From Candidatus Moraniibacteriota bacterium (lineage in GTDB: Bacteria > Patescibacteriota > Minisyncoccia > Moranbacterales > UBA1568): DNA of 64,000 nt. Under the pieces are notes generated by a model, which saw nothing but the letters and a program-made list of their open reading frames with translations, was not told where the DNA came from and ran no database searches. The position numbers and the translations under genes are program-made. Location of the stretch: NCBI GenBank assembly GCA_016699385.1, contig CP064974.1, positions 131,242-195,241 of the forward strand. The letters are read 5' to 3'. Shown here in pieces: positions 32,086 to 41,839 of the stretch. Position 1 is the stretch's first letter, and the number at the start of each line of letters is the position of its first letter.

Positions 32086-32759
32086 TGACGCTTGAGAGCA
32101 TGTCAACGAAGGCGATAAATACAACCGAAGTGATATTGAGAACGTCTGAGCCATTTGTGTTCACTGCCGGACAGTATGTGACAGTGACGTTGCCTACGTT
32201 GTATCATCTTCAGGAGCGAGAGCAGTATCGAGAGTTTTCACTCATTTCTCCCCCAGAAGATACGCGGCGACTTGCTATTGTGTTTCGGAATTCTAATAGT
32301 CACTTCAAACAAGAGATTCTGCGGGAGCGGGAAGTTGGAAGGGATATTAAAGTGTCTATTGAAGGTCCGAAAGGAGTTTTCACTCTTCCTAAAGATATGA
32401 GTATTCCGATAGTATTTTTGGCAGGCGGTGTCGGTATTGCGCCGTTTCTGAGCATGATGCGGCATATTGCAAATGCGAAAATTTCGGCAAATATAACACT
32501 ATTTTATTATAATCGCAATAAAGAAAGCGCGGCATACCTCGAAGAATTGAGAGGATGCAAACATCTTGTAAGCTTCATTCCTATTTTTGGGGATATTGCG
32601 CCGGAGCCGATAGAATCATATGTGAAGAAATATTCAGAACAAAGCTTGTGGTACCTGGCAGGTCCTCGCGGGATGGTCAGAGTGGCTCGGGAGATTTTGA
32701 CGAAGCTTGCTATTGACGATCGATATATAAAATCTGAAGAATTCTCCGGTTATGAATGA
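32070..32759 (+). CDS. FNR-like FAD/NAD(P)-binding oxidoreductase domain protein
   Basis: FTAGQYVTVTLP (beta-barrel FAD domain), REFSLISPP (RxYS-type motif), GPKGVF, and the NAD(P) motif IVFLAGGVGIAPFLSMMRH. Confidence 0.65.
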   Translation: METRMMTLESMSTKAINTTEVILRTSEPFVFTAGQYVTVTLPTLYHLQEREQYREFSLISPPEDTRRLAIVFRNSNSHFKQEILREREVGRDIKVSIEGPKGVFTLPKDMSIPIVFLAGGVGIAPFLSMMRHIANAKISANITLFYYNRNKESAAYLEELRGCKHLVSFIPIFGDIAPEPIESYVKKYSEQSLWYLAGPRGMVRVAREILTKLAIDDRYIKSEEFSGYE

Positions 32760-34380
32760 CATATTTCAATCACATATGAAGAGAGATCTTTCTTCTGAAG
32801 AATATGATGCATTGTTGATGGCTGTGAGCCAAGTGGCACTTGTATCGATTACTGATTCTCGAGGAACAATTGTTTATGCAAATGACGTATTTGTAAGTGT
32901 GTCAAAGTATTCGCATGAAGAATTAATCGGTCAGAACCATCGAATATTGAAGTCTGGAGATCAGCCTGATTCATTGTTTGAGGATCTTTGGAAGACAATT
33001 TCTTCTGGAAGGGTGTGGCGAGGAGAAATCAAGAATCGGGCAAAGGATGGGGTCTGCTATTGGGTGGACACGTCGATTGCGCCTATACTCAATGTTTCTG
33101 GTATGCCGGAGCAATACATCGCTGTTTACTTTCTTGTTACAGGAAGGAAAGATATCGAGGAGAATATTGTCAGACAGAGTGAGGAATTTGAGAAAGCGAA
33201 GCGAATCACGTTGAATATGCTTGAAGATGTTAAGGAAGAGCGAAATCGGGCAGAATCGCTTGCTTCTGATTTGAAGAAATTCAAAATTGCGCTTGATGGG
33301 ACATTTGATCATGTTGTTATCACTGATCCGAATGGTATTGTTTTGTATGCAAATGCCGGATTGGAACGAATCACTGGATTTAGCAGGGAAGAAGTTCTCG
33401 GAAAGAAAGTGGGCACAAAGGAACTCTGGGGAGGAAATATGAGTCAGGAATTCTATGAGGAACTTTGGCGAACAATTAAGGTCGAGAAGAAGCCCTTTAC
33501 AGGCGAAATTTCCAATACAAGGAAGGATGGAGTTGCGTATCAAGCGCTTTCAAGTATTTCGCCTATTGTGAGCAAGAACGGTGTCCTGGAATTTTTTGTC
33601 GGTATTGAGCGTGACATTACAAAAGAGAGAGAGATTGACAGCGCAAAGACAGAGTTTGTATCACTTGCCTCGCATCAGCTGCGAACACCACTCTCTGCTA
33701 TAAACTGGTATACGGAAATGCTCCTTTCAGGAGATGCTGGTGCGCTCACTGATGTTCAGAGAGAATATCTCGAAGAGGTAAGTCATGGAAGTCATCGCAT
33801 GGTGGAGCTTGTCAATGCTCTTCTCAATGTTTCAAGGATCGAATTGGGAACCTTTGCAGTTCAACCGGAACCAACGGATATTATAACTCTTGCTCAGGAT
33901 GTTATTAAAGAACTCAAACCAAAAATTCTTGAGAAAAATTTTCATGTAGAAGAAAAATTTTCAGAGAATCTTCCAAAGATGAATGTCGATCCGAAATTGA
34001 CGCGAATTGTGTTCCAAAATCTTTTGACAAACGCTGTAAAATATACACCTCCAGGGGGAACGATTTCCATCTCAGTTGCCATGAATCAAGATGGAAAGAT
34101 ATTTACGATTTCTGTTGCAGACACAGGATATGGAATTCCAAAAGAGGATTGGCCACGAATATTTACCAAGCTTTTTCGAGCGTCGAATATCTGCGAGAAA
34201 GAAACGGATGGCACTGGACTCGGACTCTATATTATAAAATCCATAATTGAACATTCTGATGGAACGGTGGCCTTCAAATCAGAAGAAGGAAAAGGAACGA
34301 CCTTTACGATTACATTGCCCGTCTCTGGCATGCACCAGCAAGAGGGAAATAAGCAAATTGAGTGGAAAGAGCCCCTTTAA
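32752..34380 (+). CDS. Cytoplasmic PAS/PAC sensor histidine kinase
   Basis: Two PAS/PAC modules (…GRVWRGEIKNRAKDGVCYWVD…; …KKPFTGEISNTRKDGVAYQAL…). HisKA with H-box LASHQLRTPLSAI. HATPase_c N, G1 (DTGYGIP) and G2 (GTGLGL) boxes. No TM segments. Confidence 0.85.
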   Translation: MNDIFQSHMKRDLSSEEYDALLMAVSQVALVSITDSRGTIVYANDVFVSVSKYSHEELIGQNHRILKSGDQPDSLFEDLWKTISSGRVWRGEIKNRAKDGVCYWVDTSIAPILNVSGMPEQYIAVYFLVTGRKDIEENIVRQSEEFEKAKRITLNMLEDVKEERNRAESLASDLKKFKIALDGTFDHVVITDPNGIVLYANAGLERITGFSREEVLGKKVGTKELWGGNMSQEFYEELWRTIKVEKKPFTGEISNTRKDGVAYQALSSISPIVSKNGVLEFFVGIERDITKEREIDSAKTEFVSLASHQLRTPLSAINWYTEMLLSGDAGALTDVQREYLEEVSHGSHRMVELVNALLNVSRIELGTFAVQPEPTDIITLAQDVIKELKPKILEKNFHVEEKFSENLPKMNVDPKLTRIVFQNLLTNAVKYTPPGGTISISVAMNQDGKIFTISVADTGYGIPKEDWPRIFTKLFRASNICEKETDGTGLGLYIIKSIIEHSDGTVAFKSEEGKGTTFTITLPVSGMHQQEGNKQIEWKEPL

Positions 34381-34397
34381 TTTGAAGGATAATCTTT

Positions 34398-34790
34398 GTG
34401 GATATTATTATGATATCGGTAGAGAAAAAAATTCTCATTGTTGAAGATGATGACTCTTTGAGGAGAGCAGTCGTTGAGAAACTCTCTCGCGAAGGATTTA
34501 TTGCACTGCAGGCAAACAATGGTCTTGCTGGTCTCGAATGTGCGTTTCAGGAACACCCCGACTTAATATTGCTCGATGTAATTATGCCGAAAATGGATGG
34601 ACTAACTATGCTCTCCCGATTGCGCGAGGATGTTTGGGGGAAGAGCGCGCAAGTGATTATGCTCACTAATGTGAGTGATGGGGAGAGTGTGTTGGAATCT
34701 TTGAATCAAGCGGCGTTTGATTATCTTGTGAAATCGGATTGGAAGCTTGAGGATGTTGTCAAGAAGATTCGCGAGCGCCTTGAAAAGTAA
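34398..34790 (+). CDS. Stand-alone response-regulator receiver (CheY-like)
   Basis: KILIVEDDDS...PDLILLDVIMPKMDGLTML...VIMLTN...K REC pattern. Lies immediately downstream of the kinase. Confidence 0.75.
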   Translation: MDIIMISVEKKILIVEDDDSLRRAVVEKLSREGFIALQANNGLAGLECAFQEHPDLILLDVIMPKMDGLTMLSRLREDVWGKSAQVIMLTNVSDGESVLESLNQAAFDYLVKSDWKLEDVVKKIRERLEK

Positions 34791-34838
34791 GGGTGTACCA
34801 TCCTTGAAAGATCGTTGTTTTTCGGCTATACTCCGCGT

Positions 34839-36110
34839 ATGGCTACTGAAATATTCCGTATTAAGGGGGGAATGAAGCTCTCTGGTCAGATTGAAGTGCG
34901 CGGATCGAAAAACGCTGCTGCGCCCATCATTGCTGCCACCCTTCTTACGACAGAACCCTGTGTTCTCAATAATATCCCTCGTATTGAGGATGTCTTTCGT
35001 TTGCTTGAAATTATCGAGAGTATCGGGGCAAAGGTTGAATGGGTCAGTGAGCGGTCCATTCGGATTGAGGCGAAGGAGATATTTCCCGAGCGAATGTCAC
35101 TTGATGAGGCACGTCGAGTGCGGATGTCGGTACTTCTTTTTGGCTCGCTTGCGGCGAGGTGCGATCGGTTTGATCTCGGGCATCCGGGTGGATGTGCCAT
35201 TGGCGCCCGATCCATAGAGACGCACGTAGATGCCCTGGAAAAGTTGGGGATAAAAATTATCAAGCATGAGAAGCACTACGAAATAGATGCAACCGGACGA
35301 AGGGCAGGGAAGGTCATACAGAGAGAATTTTCTGTGACATCGACGGAAGATGTACTCATGCTTGCTGCAGCACTCCCTGGGAAAACCGTTATCAAAATTG
35401 CTGCTGCTGAACCGCATGTGGAGGATCTCGGAAAATTTCTTGTTGCAATGGGAGCAAAGATAGAGGGACTTGGATCGCATACTATTACGGTTGAAGGCAG
35501 TGAACTTCCATTGCATGGGGCGGAACATACCGTCATTCCAGATCCGATTGAAGCAACAACGTTCCTTGTTCTCGGTGCGGTGACAGAGAGCGAAATTTCT
35601 GTCGTACATGCTCGAGAAGAGCATCTCGAATCCGTACTGGAGAAAATGCGCGACTTTGGTGTTGATTTTCGTATTGATGCTGATCGAATAACAGTTTTGC
35701 CAACAAAACAACTTGCCTCTCCCGGAAAAATAAAATCGGAGCTCTATCCAGGCATTCCGACGGATGCACTGTCACTCTTCGCAGTCCTTGCTACGCGAGC
35801 CGATGGCGACACACTCATACATGAACACATGTATGAAGGGCGATTTAATTATATTTCCGAGTTTGAAAAGATGCGTATTCGAGCGACTATTCTCAATCCT
35901 CATCAGGCAGTGATTCATGGTCCGGCTCGTTTGCGAGGGACAACGATAAAGAGCTTCGATCTTCGTGCTGGTGCGGCGCTCATCATTGCAGCTCTTGCTG
36001 CTGAGGGTACGACGACGATTGAGGATATCTATCAAGTCGATCGCGGTTATGAACGCATCGAAGAACGCTTGCAAAAGATAGGCGCGAAGATAGAACGAGT
36101 GAAATTATAA
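34839..36110 (+). CDS. murA: UDP-N-acetylglucosamine 1-carboxyvinyltransferase
   Basis: FRIKGGMKLSGQIEVRGSKNAAAPIIAATLL matches the MurA N-terminus, and the length and two-domain EPT fold pattern fit. Start chosen at MATEIF. Confidence 0.85.
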   Translation: MATEIFRIKGGMKLSGQIEVRGSKNAAAPIIAATLLTTEPCVLNNIPRIEDVFRLLEIIESIGAKVEWVSERSIRIEAKEIFPERMSLDEARRVRMSVLLFGSLAARCDRFDLGHPGGCAIGARSIETHVDALEKLGIKIIKHEKHYEIDATGRRAGKVIQREFSVTSTEDVLMLAAALPGKTVIKIAAAEPHVEDLGKFLVAMGAKIEGLGSHTITVEGSELPLHGAEHTVIPDPIEATTFLVLGAVTESEISVVHAREEHLESVLEKMRDFGVDFRIDADRITVLPTKQLASPGKIKSELYPGIPTDALSLFAVLATRADGDTLIHEHMYEGRFNYISEFEKMRIRATILNPHQAVIHGPARLRGTTIKSFDLRAGAALIIAALAAEGTTTIEDIYQVDRGYERIEERLQKIGAKIERVKL

Positions 36111-36292
36111 TGCCGACGTACTTTTGCACCTCTACTGTTTTGGAAATTGTCTCGACTTCGAAAAGAAATTTTTCTCACGTATCTCACGAATGCTGAACTC
36201 CTGTTCGAATAATTTCTTTTCGAAGTCTCGGCGCACACAAAAGAAAGCTGTGATGTAAAGATGAACAAATCTTCGTTCTTGTTTAGCAATGT

Positions 36293-37300
36293 ATGTTTGT
36301 CAAAAAAATCGGTATTGATTTGGGGACGGCAAATACACTTGTCTTTGTCCCGGGGCGGGGGATCGTCGTGAACGAGCCTTCGGTGGTTGCTGTTTCTGTT
36401 GGGGAAAACAAAGTGCTTGCGGTCGGTAATGAGGCCAAGGAAATGATTGGGCGGACACCAGACACGATTGTTGCTTCGCAGCCTTTGCGGGATGGCGCTA
36501 TTGCGGATTATCGAATTACCGAGGCGATGCTCCGGTATTTTATTGGGCTTGTGTCTGGTCGGTTTCGGTTTTTTCGTCCAGAAGTAGTGCTTTCTATCCC
36601 AGCAGGGGTCACGTCGACGGAGCGTCGCGCCGTGGTGGATGCGGCGATTAAAGCGGGCGCCAAATCTGCCTATGTCGTGAAGGAACCGATACTCGCTGCA
36701 ATTGGCGCGGGTATCCCGATTCATACAGCGCAGGGGAATATGATTATCAATATCGGTGGTGGCACGTCGGAAATTGCTATTATTTCGCTGGGGGGAATTG
36801 TTGCAGCGCATTCGGCCCGAGTTGGCGGCAATCGTATCGATCAGGCGATATCAGACTATATCAAGCGCAAATATAGTATGGCAATTGGGGAGCGCACGGC
36901 AGAAGAAGTGAAGATGACGATTGGTTCTGCGATTGCACTTGTGAAAGAAGAACATTTCGATTTACGTGGGCGCGATCTGATGGGAGGGCTTCCGAAAACA
37001 CTCACGGTTTCATCGAACGAGATCACGGAAGCGATACAGGATGAACTTCGCGAGATTATCAATGTGATTAAGCATGTGCTCCAAGAAACTCCGCCTGAGC
37101 TTGCGGCGGATATTATGGATAAAGGTATGATACTCTCGGGAGGCACAGCGCAGCTCAAGAATTTGGATCAACTCATCGCACGGACGATTGGCGTTCCTTG
37201 TTTCGTTGCCGATGATCCGGCATTTTGCGTCGCCAAGGGTACAGGAATCGTTCTTGAGAATCTGGATATATATAAGCGAAGCATTATGATTGGGAAATAA
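36293..37300 (+). CDS. mreB: Rod-shape determining actin homologue MreB
   Basis: IGIDLGTANTLVFVPGRGIVVNEPSVVAV, the phosphate-2 motif NIGGGTSEIAI, and an MreB-type C-terminus. Confidence 0.9.
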   Translation: MFVKKIGIDLGTANTLVFVPGRGIVVNEPSVVAVSVGENKVLAVGNEAKEMIGRTPDTIVASQPLRDGAIADYRITEAMLRYFIGLVSGRFRFFRPEVVLSIPAGVTSTERRAVVDAAIKAGAKSAYVVKEPILAAIGAGIPIHTAQGNMIINIGGGTSEIAIISLGGIVAAHSARVGGNRIDQAISDYIKRKYSMAIGERTAEEVKMTIGSAIALVKEEHFDLRGRDLMGGLPKTLTVSSNEITEAIQDELREIINVIKHVLQETPPELAADIMDKGMILSGGTAQLKNLDQLIARTIGVPCFVADDPAFCVAKGTGIVLENLDIYKRSIMIGK

Positions 37301-37307
37301 TTTTCTT

Positions 37308-38417
37308 ATGATTATCGGCATTGATGCTTCTCGGGCTTTTCTTGTGAAGCGGACGGGCATCGAGGAATATTCCTATCAAAGTATCAAGCACTTGCGAAAT
37401 GAACTTGCGAAAGAGCAAGTTGTTTTGTATGTGCGGAAAAAGCAAGTGATTGATTTTGATATTCCGGAAATGTGGCGTGTGCGGGCGCTCGGATGGTTTC
37501 GTTGCTGGACGCAGGGGAGGCTCGCGCTGGAGATGCTCTTTCACCCTCTTGATGCGCTCTTTGTTCCGGCGCATACGGTGCCGTGGATTCATCCGAAAGA
37601 GACGATTGTGACGGTGCACGGGCTTGAGTACGAGTTTTGTCCCGAGGCGTATTCGTGGTGGGAGCGAATCTATATGCGGTGGTCTATCAAAAATTCTTGC
37701 CGATGGGCATCGAAGATTGTCGCCGTTTCGGAGAATACAAAGAAGGATCTGATTTCTTTGTACAGAGTGCCAGAAGAAAAGATAGAAGTTATTTATGAAG
37801 GAGTCTCTTGTTTCAAACTGAGGGCGAATAATAATCAGTGTGAATCAAATTCCAAAATAAATTCCAAACATCAAATCCCAAAACCATATTTTTTATTCAT
37901 CGGAAGAATAGAAGCGAGGAAGAATATAGCGAGAATGATTGAGGCATTCGATATGTTTAAGAAGAAATGCGGAACGAATCACAAACTTGTCTTGGCAGGG
38001 AAACCTGGGTATGGGTATGAGACAGTCGCGCACCAAGTGGCGCATGCCAAATATCGAAACGATATTGTTGAGCTGGGATACGTGAGTGAAGAAGAGAAAT
38101 GGCAACTCTTGCGAAATGCCGACGGGTTTCTGTTCCCATCGCTCTATGAAGGGTTTGGGTTGCCTATTTTGGAAGCACAATCAGTTGGAGTGCCGGTCCT
38201 TACATCGAGCACATCATCGCTCGTGGAAGTTTCGGGTGGAGATGGGGCGGTTTTTGTTGATCCTTTGGATGCGAGAGATATCGCTCGAGGAATAGAGAAG
38301 CTGGCTTTGGACAGAGGATTTCGCAGTGCTATAATCGAGAGTGGCTCGAGGAACGTAGCCCGGTTCAGCTGGGAAAAGTGCGCGGGGGGGATTGCTGAGG
38401 CGCTTACGGGAAAATGA
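37308..38417 (+). CDS. Glycosyltransferase family 4 (GT-B)
   Basis: C-terminal EX7E-type motif FPSLYEGFGLPILEAQSVGVPVLTS. An alternative start is at 37290. Confidence 0.75.
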   Translation: MIIGIDASRAFLVKRTGIEEYSYQSIKHLRNELAKEQVVLYVRKKQVIDFDIPEMWRVRALGWFRCWTQGRLALEMLFHPLDALFVPAHTVPWIHPKETIVTVHGLEYEFCPEAYSWWERIYMRWSIKNSCRWASKIVAVSENTKKDLISLYRVPEEKIEVIYEGVSCFKLRANNNQCESNSKINSKHQIPKPYFLFIGRIEARKNIARMIEAFDMFKKKCGTNHKLVLAGKPGYGYETVAHQVAHAKYRNDIVELGYVSEEEKWQLLRNADGFLFPSLYEGFGLPILEAQSVGVPVLTSSTSSLVEVSGGDGAVFVDPLDARDIARGIEKLALDRGFRSAIIESGSRNVARFSWEKCAGGIAEALTGK

Positions 38418-38419
38418 AA

Positions 38420-38452
38420 ACCCCCGTTGATGTTTTCTCGGGGGTGTAAGTT
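38420..38452 (+). terminator. Hairpin terminator directly after the GT4 stop codon
   Basis: acccccg-N12-cgggggt, followed by a T-rich stretch. Confidence 0.4.
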
Positions 38453-38471
38453 ATTCTTAGCGGCGTTCTAG

Positions 38472-38705
38472 CTAGTGTTGCTTTTTATTCCTCTCTGTCT
38501 CTTGAAGTTTACACAGAGTAGACAGAGTAGGGAGAACGTTTCTGAGTGAGAACGTGATCATGCTTCCGAAGAACGCAATAAGAGTTAGTATTTCACGTGT
38601 TTCATAGCTCGTGTCTCTATATACGTAACGGACAACGCCGGCGATTATTAAAGAGGAAATTATATCCAAAATAAATTGACCGTTGTCTTTCCAGAAATCT
38701 TTCAT
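38472..38705 (-). CDS. Hypothetical small two-TM membrane protein
   Basis: ORF of 77 aa with two hydrophobic helices. It sits alone on the minus strand between two plus-strand GT4 genes. Confidence 0.3.
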   Translation of the reverse strand: MKDFWKDNGQFILDIISSLIIAGVVRYVYRDTSYETREILTLIAFFGSMITFSLRNVLPTLSTLCKLQETERNKKQH

Positions 38706-38767
38706 GAGATCTCTCCTGGTTGTTAAACTGCCATCTGCAATTTCAGACTTTCGAATACATCACAGAT

Positions 38768-39904
38768 ATGGAAAAAAGTCAATATATTCTGAAGGGGATG
38801 AGAAATATTGGGAAGGTGGCGCTCGTGCATGACTTCTTGCTCTATCGTGGCGGGGCGGAGCGGGTGTTGCGAACTTTGGCGGATATGTTTCCAGAAGCGC
38901 CGATATATACGCTTCTCTATGACCGCGAGGGGATGCAGGGGATGTTTGCCGACCGAGAGGTGCGGACATCGTTCTTGGGGGCGTGGCCGAAATTTCTGCA
39001 GAGGCGGCATCGGTGGCTGTTGCCGTTCTATAGTGCGGCGACGGAAGCGATTGATGTGCGGGATTTCGATGTGGTTATTTCGTCGTCGGGCGCATGGGTC
39101 AAAGGAATTGTCACGCGACTTCGCACGAAGCATATCGCTTATATTCATTCGCCGATGCGATTTGTGTGGGATGAGAACGAGCGATACCTTCGCGAGAGCG
39201 GCGGCTTTCACTTTTGTAAACGTATGATGTTGTCGCATTTGCGGCTCTGGGATTTCGAAGCGGCGGCACGACCGGATGTGCTCGTTGCCAATTCTCGCTA
39301 TACACAGGCTCGTATTGAGAAATACTATCGACGTCCGTCGGACGTGGTCTCTCCACCGGTTCGCAGATTGACCTCGACAGAACCGGCAGCGCTTGATATG
39401 CGAGATCGTCCGTTCGTTACCGTGTCGCGTCTCTCAAAATACAAGCATACCGAAGCGATTGTGCAAGCTTTTGCAGAGCTTCTGCTTCCGCTTGTAGTGG
39501 TTGGTATGGGGCGAGAATTGGCGCGGCTTCAGCGTATTGCTCCGCCAAATGTGCGATTTCTCGGTGATATATCAGACGATGAACTGGGTACGGTACTTGG
39601 GAAAGCGCGGGCATTTGTTTTTGCTGGGGAAGAAGATTTCGGACTTGCGCTTGCTGAGGCGCAGATGGCGGGGCTTCCGGCAATTGCACTCGCTTCTGGT
39701 GGAGCAAGAGAAATCGTGGAGGAAAATGTTTCGGGAGTGTTCTTTGCTGATCCGGATGCGCAGAGTGTCATTGAGGCGGTGCAAAAATATATCAAGCGAG
39801 AGTCGTCATTTGATACAAATGAGATACGAAAGAACGCCGAGCGATTTTCAGAATGCCATTTTCAAGAATGCATGGCGGATGTTATTCGGAAAGTTGTTGG
39901 ATAA
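38768..39904 (+). CDS. Glycosyltransferase family 4 (GT-B)
   Basis: GKVALVHDFLLYRGGAERV N-terminus and C-terminal GEEDFGLALAEAQMAGLPAIALASGGAREIV. The ORF-track start at 38720 is probably too far upstream. Confidence 0.75.
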   Translation: MEKSQYILKGMRNIGKVALVHDFLLYRGGAERVLRTLADMFPEAPIYTLLYDREGMQGMFADREVRTSFLGAWPKFLQRRHRWLLPFYSAATEAIDVRDFDVVISSSGAWVKGIVTRLRTKHIAYIHSPMRFVWDENERYLRESGGFHFCKRMMLSHLRLWDFEAAARPDVLVANSRYTQARIEKYYRRPSDVVSPPVRRLTSTEPAALDMRDRPFVTVSRLSKYKHTEAIVQAFAELLLPLVVVGMGRELARLQRIAPPNVRFLGDISDDELGTVLGKARAFVFAGEEDFGLALAEAQMAGLPAIALASGGAREIVEENVSGVFFADPDAQSVIEAVQKYIKRESSFDTNEIRKNAERFSECHFQECMADVIRKVVG

Positions 39905-39925
39905 TCTTCAATTTGTGAAGACACT

Positions 39926-40828
39926 ATGATTATCGGACACGAAGCAATTCGAGATCGACTTCGACGTGCGACTGAGAAACAGTGCGTGGCACAGACGTAC
40001 ATATTTGTTGGTCCGGAGAGCGTCGGGAAGTTGGCAGTTGCAGTTGAACTTGCTGGAGAACTGCTTGGAAGTGCGTCGATTTCTGATTGTGCAGTTATTC
40101 GACCAGAGCGAATTGAAGAAAAAGGAAAAGTGAAGGAGCTTCCTATAAGTGTCAAAATGATTCGCGAGGCGACACATACGCTCGGACTTTCGGGGCGTGT
40201 CGGGACGGGGAATGTACTCATTGTGGATGATGCGCACAAGATGTCGGAGGGGGCGCAAAATGCGTTTTTGAAAACACTCGAAGAACCATTTCCCGGGGCG
40301 ACAATTATTTTGGTGACGTATAATGAGGGAGGAATGCTTTCGACGATTCTCTCGCGGTGTGAGCGAGTTTCATTTGCACTTGTTACTGGGGATGTTCTCG
40401 CAGAATCATTTTCCGATGTTCCGGAGACGATTCGCCAACTAGGTCGTCCCGGGCTATGCGCGTCTTTCCGAGAGAATCCGGAAATGTTTGCGGACTCTCT
40501 GCGGAGATTGGACATGCTTCGGGGATTTGCTTTGCTTTCACTGAGTGATCGTGTGATGCTGGCAGACGCTTGTACAAACGATATTCCTGGTGCGGAACGC
40601 CTGCTTGCTTGGTGGATGAGCGCATTGAATCGTGAGATGCTGACTGTTCCTCATACCTATGAACGGCGGGCATTGCTCGAGCGACTTCATGCTGTTGCAG
40701 CGACACTTCGTGATTTGCGACGGTTTCCCGGGAGTGCTCGATTGATATTGGAACAACTTTTTTTCTTTCGAAAAAGCGTCTCGCCACTTCTGATGCAACG
40801 CATGACAAAGAGTCAGTTTTTTGGATAG
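39926..40828 (+). CDS. holB: DNA polymerase III delta-prime subunit-like clamp-loader AAA+ protein
   Basis: MIIGHEAIRDRL...QTYIFVGPESVGKLAVAVELAGELL with a degenerate Walker A, plus an SRC-like segment ILSRCERVSF. Confidence 0.65.
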   Translation: MIIGHEAIRDRLRRATEKQCVAQTYIFVGPESVGKLAVAVELAGELLGSASISDCAVIRPERIEEKGKVKELPISVKMIREATHTLGLSGRVGTGNVLIVDDAHKMSEGAQNAFLKTLEEPFPGATIILVTYNEGGMLSTILSRCERVSFALVTGDVLAESFSDVPETIRQLGRPGLCASFRENPEMFADSLRRLDMLRGFALLSLSDRVMLADACTNDIPGAERLLAWWMSALNREMLTVPHTYERRALLERLHAVAATLRDLRRFPGSARLILEQLFFFRKSVSPLLMQRMTKSQFFG

Positions 40829-41819
40829 AGAGCAGAGTATTATGGGATTTTTCAAAACAAAAAAAACACGTGGATCTCAGGCAATGATTTTACGACCGAA
40901 ACGGAGTCGACTGTTTCGTGGTGCGAATCGTGAACAGCAGAGAACTGTTTCTCAGCATCATCAACGATCCTGGTCATTGTGGACTGTCGGGTATATATTT
41001 CTTTGGGCATCATTTACCGGATTGGTGATTTTCGTATTGTTCTTCTCGTCACTTTTGCGTCTCAAGCAAAAAGACATAGCCCCGATGGAACATGTCTCAA
41101 GAGGTGATGTGGCAACAGTGATTGATAGCGTGCTTTCGGGGAGCTCTTTTGGTATTATTCCGAATGATACGATGCCTGTTGCTTTCATTCGAAAGTATAT
41201 TATGGAGCGGAAACTCCTTAATGCCTTTCCAGTGTTTCGGAGTGTGACGGTTTCATTTCTTTTCCCTTCGACGATTGTCTTGAAAAGTGAGGAGCGAAAT
41301 ACGGCATTCGTACTCTGTTCTGGCGGACCCTGTTTCTTCGTTGACGAAGAGGGTGTCGCTTTTGATGCCGCTCCTGCTCCGCATGATCAGGGTGTGACTG
41401 GAATGCTTACTGTTGTTGATACGTCAGCAAAGCCAGTTTCGCAGAAAGACATGCTTCTTTCTGAAGATTTCTTGCGGAGCTTCCCATCTTTGCAACAAAA
41501 GCTCCGCGATGAACTCGGTCTAGAAATATTTTCGGTAGCTGAAACACCATCGCGTTTCTCTGATGAGTTGTGGCTTCGGAGTACTGATGGATGGGAGCTT
41601 CGCATGAGTGCGACGGTTCCACTCGAAAAATCGATACGTGCCCTTCGCCTTCTCTTTGCAAAGACATTGCTGGAAAACAATCGAAAAAATCTCGACTACA
41701 TCGACCTTCGCACGGAGAATCGCATTTTCTATCTCTTGAAGGGTGATGAACCGAAAGAAGGTATATCTCCTCTAGACACAGAGAGTGTTTCCGAAAACAA
41801 GACAAAGAAGAAGAAATAA
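40821..41819 (+). CDS. FtsQ/DivIB-like cell-division protein (single TM plus POTRA/beta domain)
   Basis: Basic cytoplasmic N-terminus, one TM (WTVGYIFLWASFTGLVIFVLFF), an extracytoplasmic domain, and a C-terminal ...NLDYIDLRTENRIFY... resembling the FtsQ beta-domain motif. Confidence 0.45.
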   Translation: MDREQSIMGFFKTKKTRGSQAMILRPKRSRLFRGANREQQRTVSQHHQRSWSLWTVGYIFLWASFTGLVIFVLFFSSLLRLKQKDIAPMEHVSRGDVATVIDSVLSGSSFGIIPNDTMPVAFIRKYIMERKLLNAFPVFRSVTVSFLFPSTIVLKSEERNTAFVLCSGGPCFFVDEEGVAFDAAPAPHDQGVTGMLTVVDTSAKPVSQKDMLLSEDFLRSFPSLQQKLRDELGLEIFSVAETPSRFSDELWLRSTDGWELRMSATVPLEKSIRALRLLFAKTLLENNRKNLDYIDLRTENRIFYLLKGDEPKEGISPLDTESVSENKTKKKK

Positions 41820-41839
41820 GAAGTACTTCTTTTTTGATT

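Noticed and set aside
35097-36811. Minus-strand ORFs of 204 aa (35097-35711) and 254 aa (36047-36811)
   Set aside because: Antisense to murA and mreB respectively; both plus-strand genes have strong family signatures.
38723-39238. 171-aa ORF on the minus strand, and 139-aa ORF on the plus strand in another frame (38808-39227)
   Set aside because: They overlap the GT4 gene 38768-39904, which carries the EX7E glycosyltransferase motif. They are Arg/Pro-rich and typical of off-frame translation.
39862-40515. 217-aa ORF on the minus strand
   Set aside because: Antisense to the holB-like clamp-loader gene.
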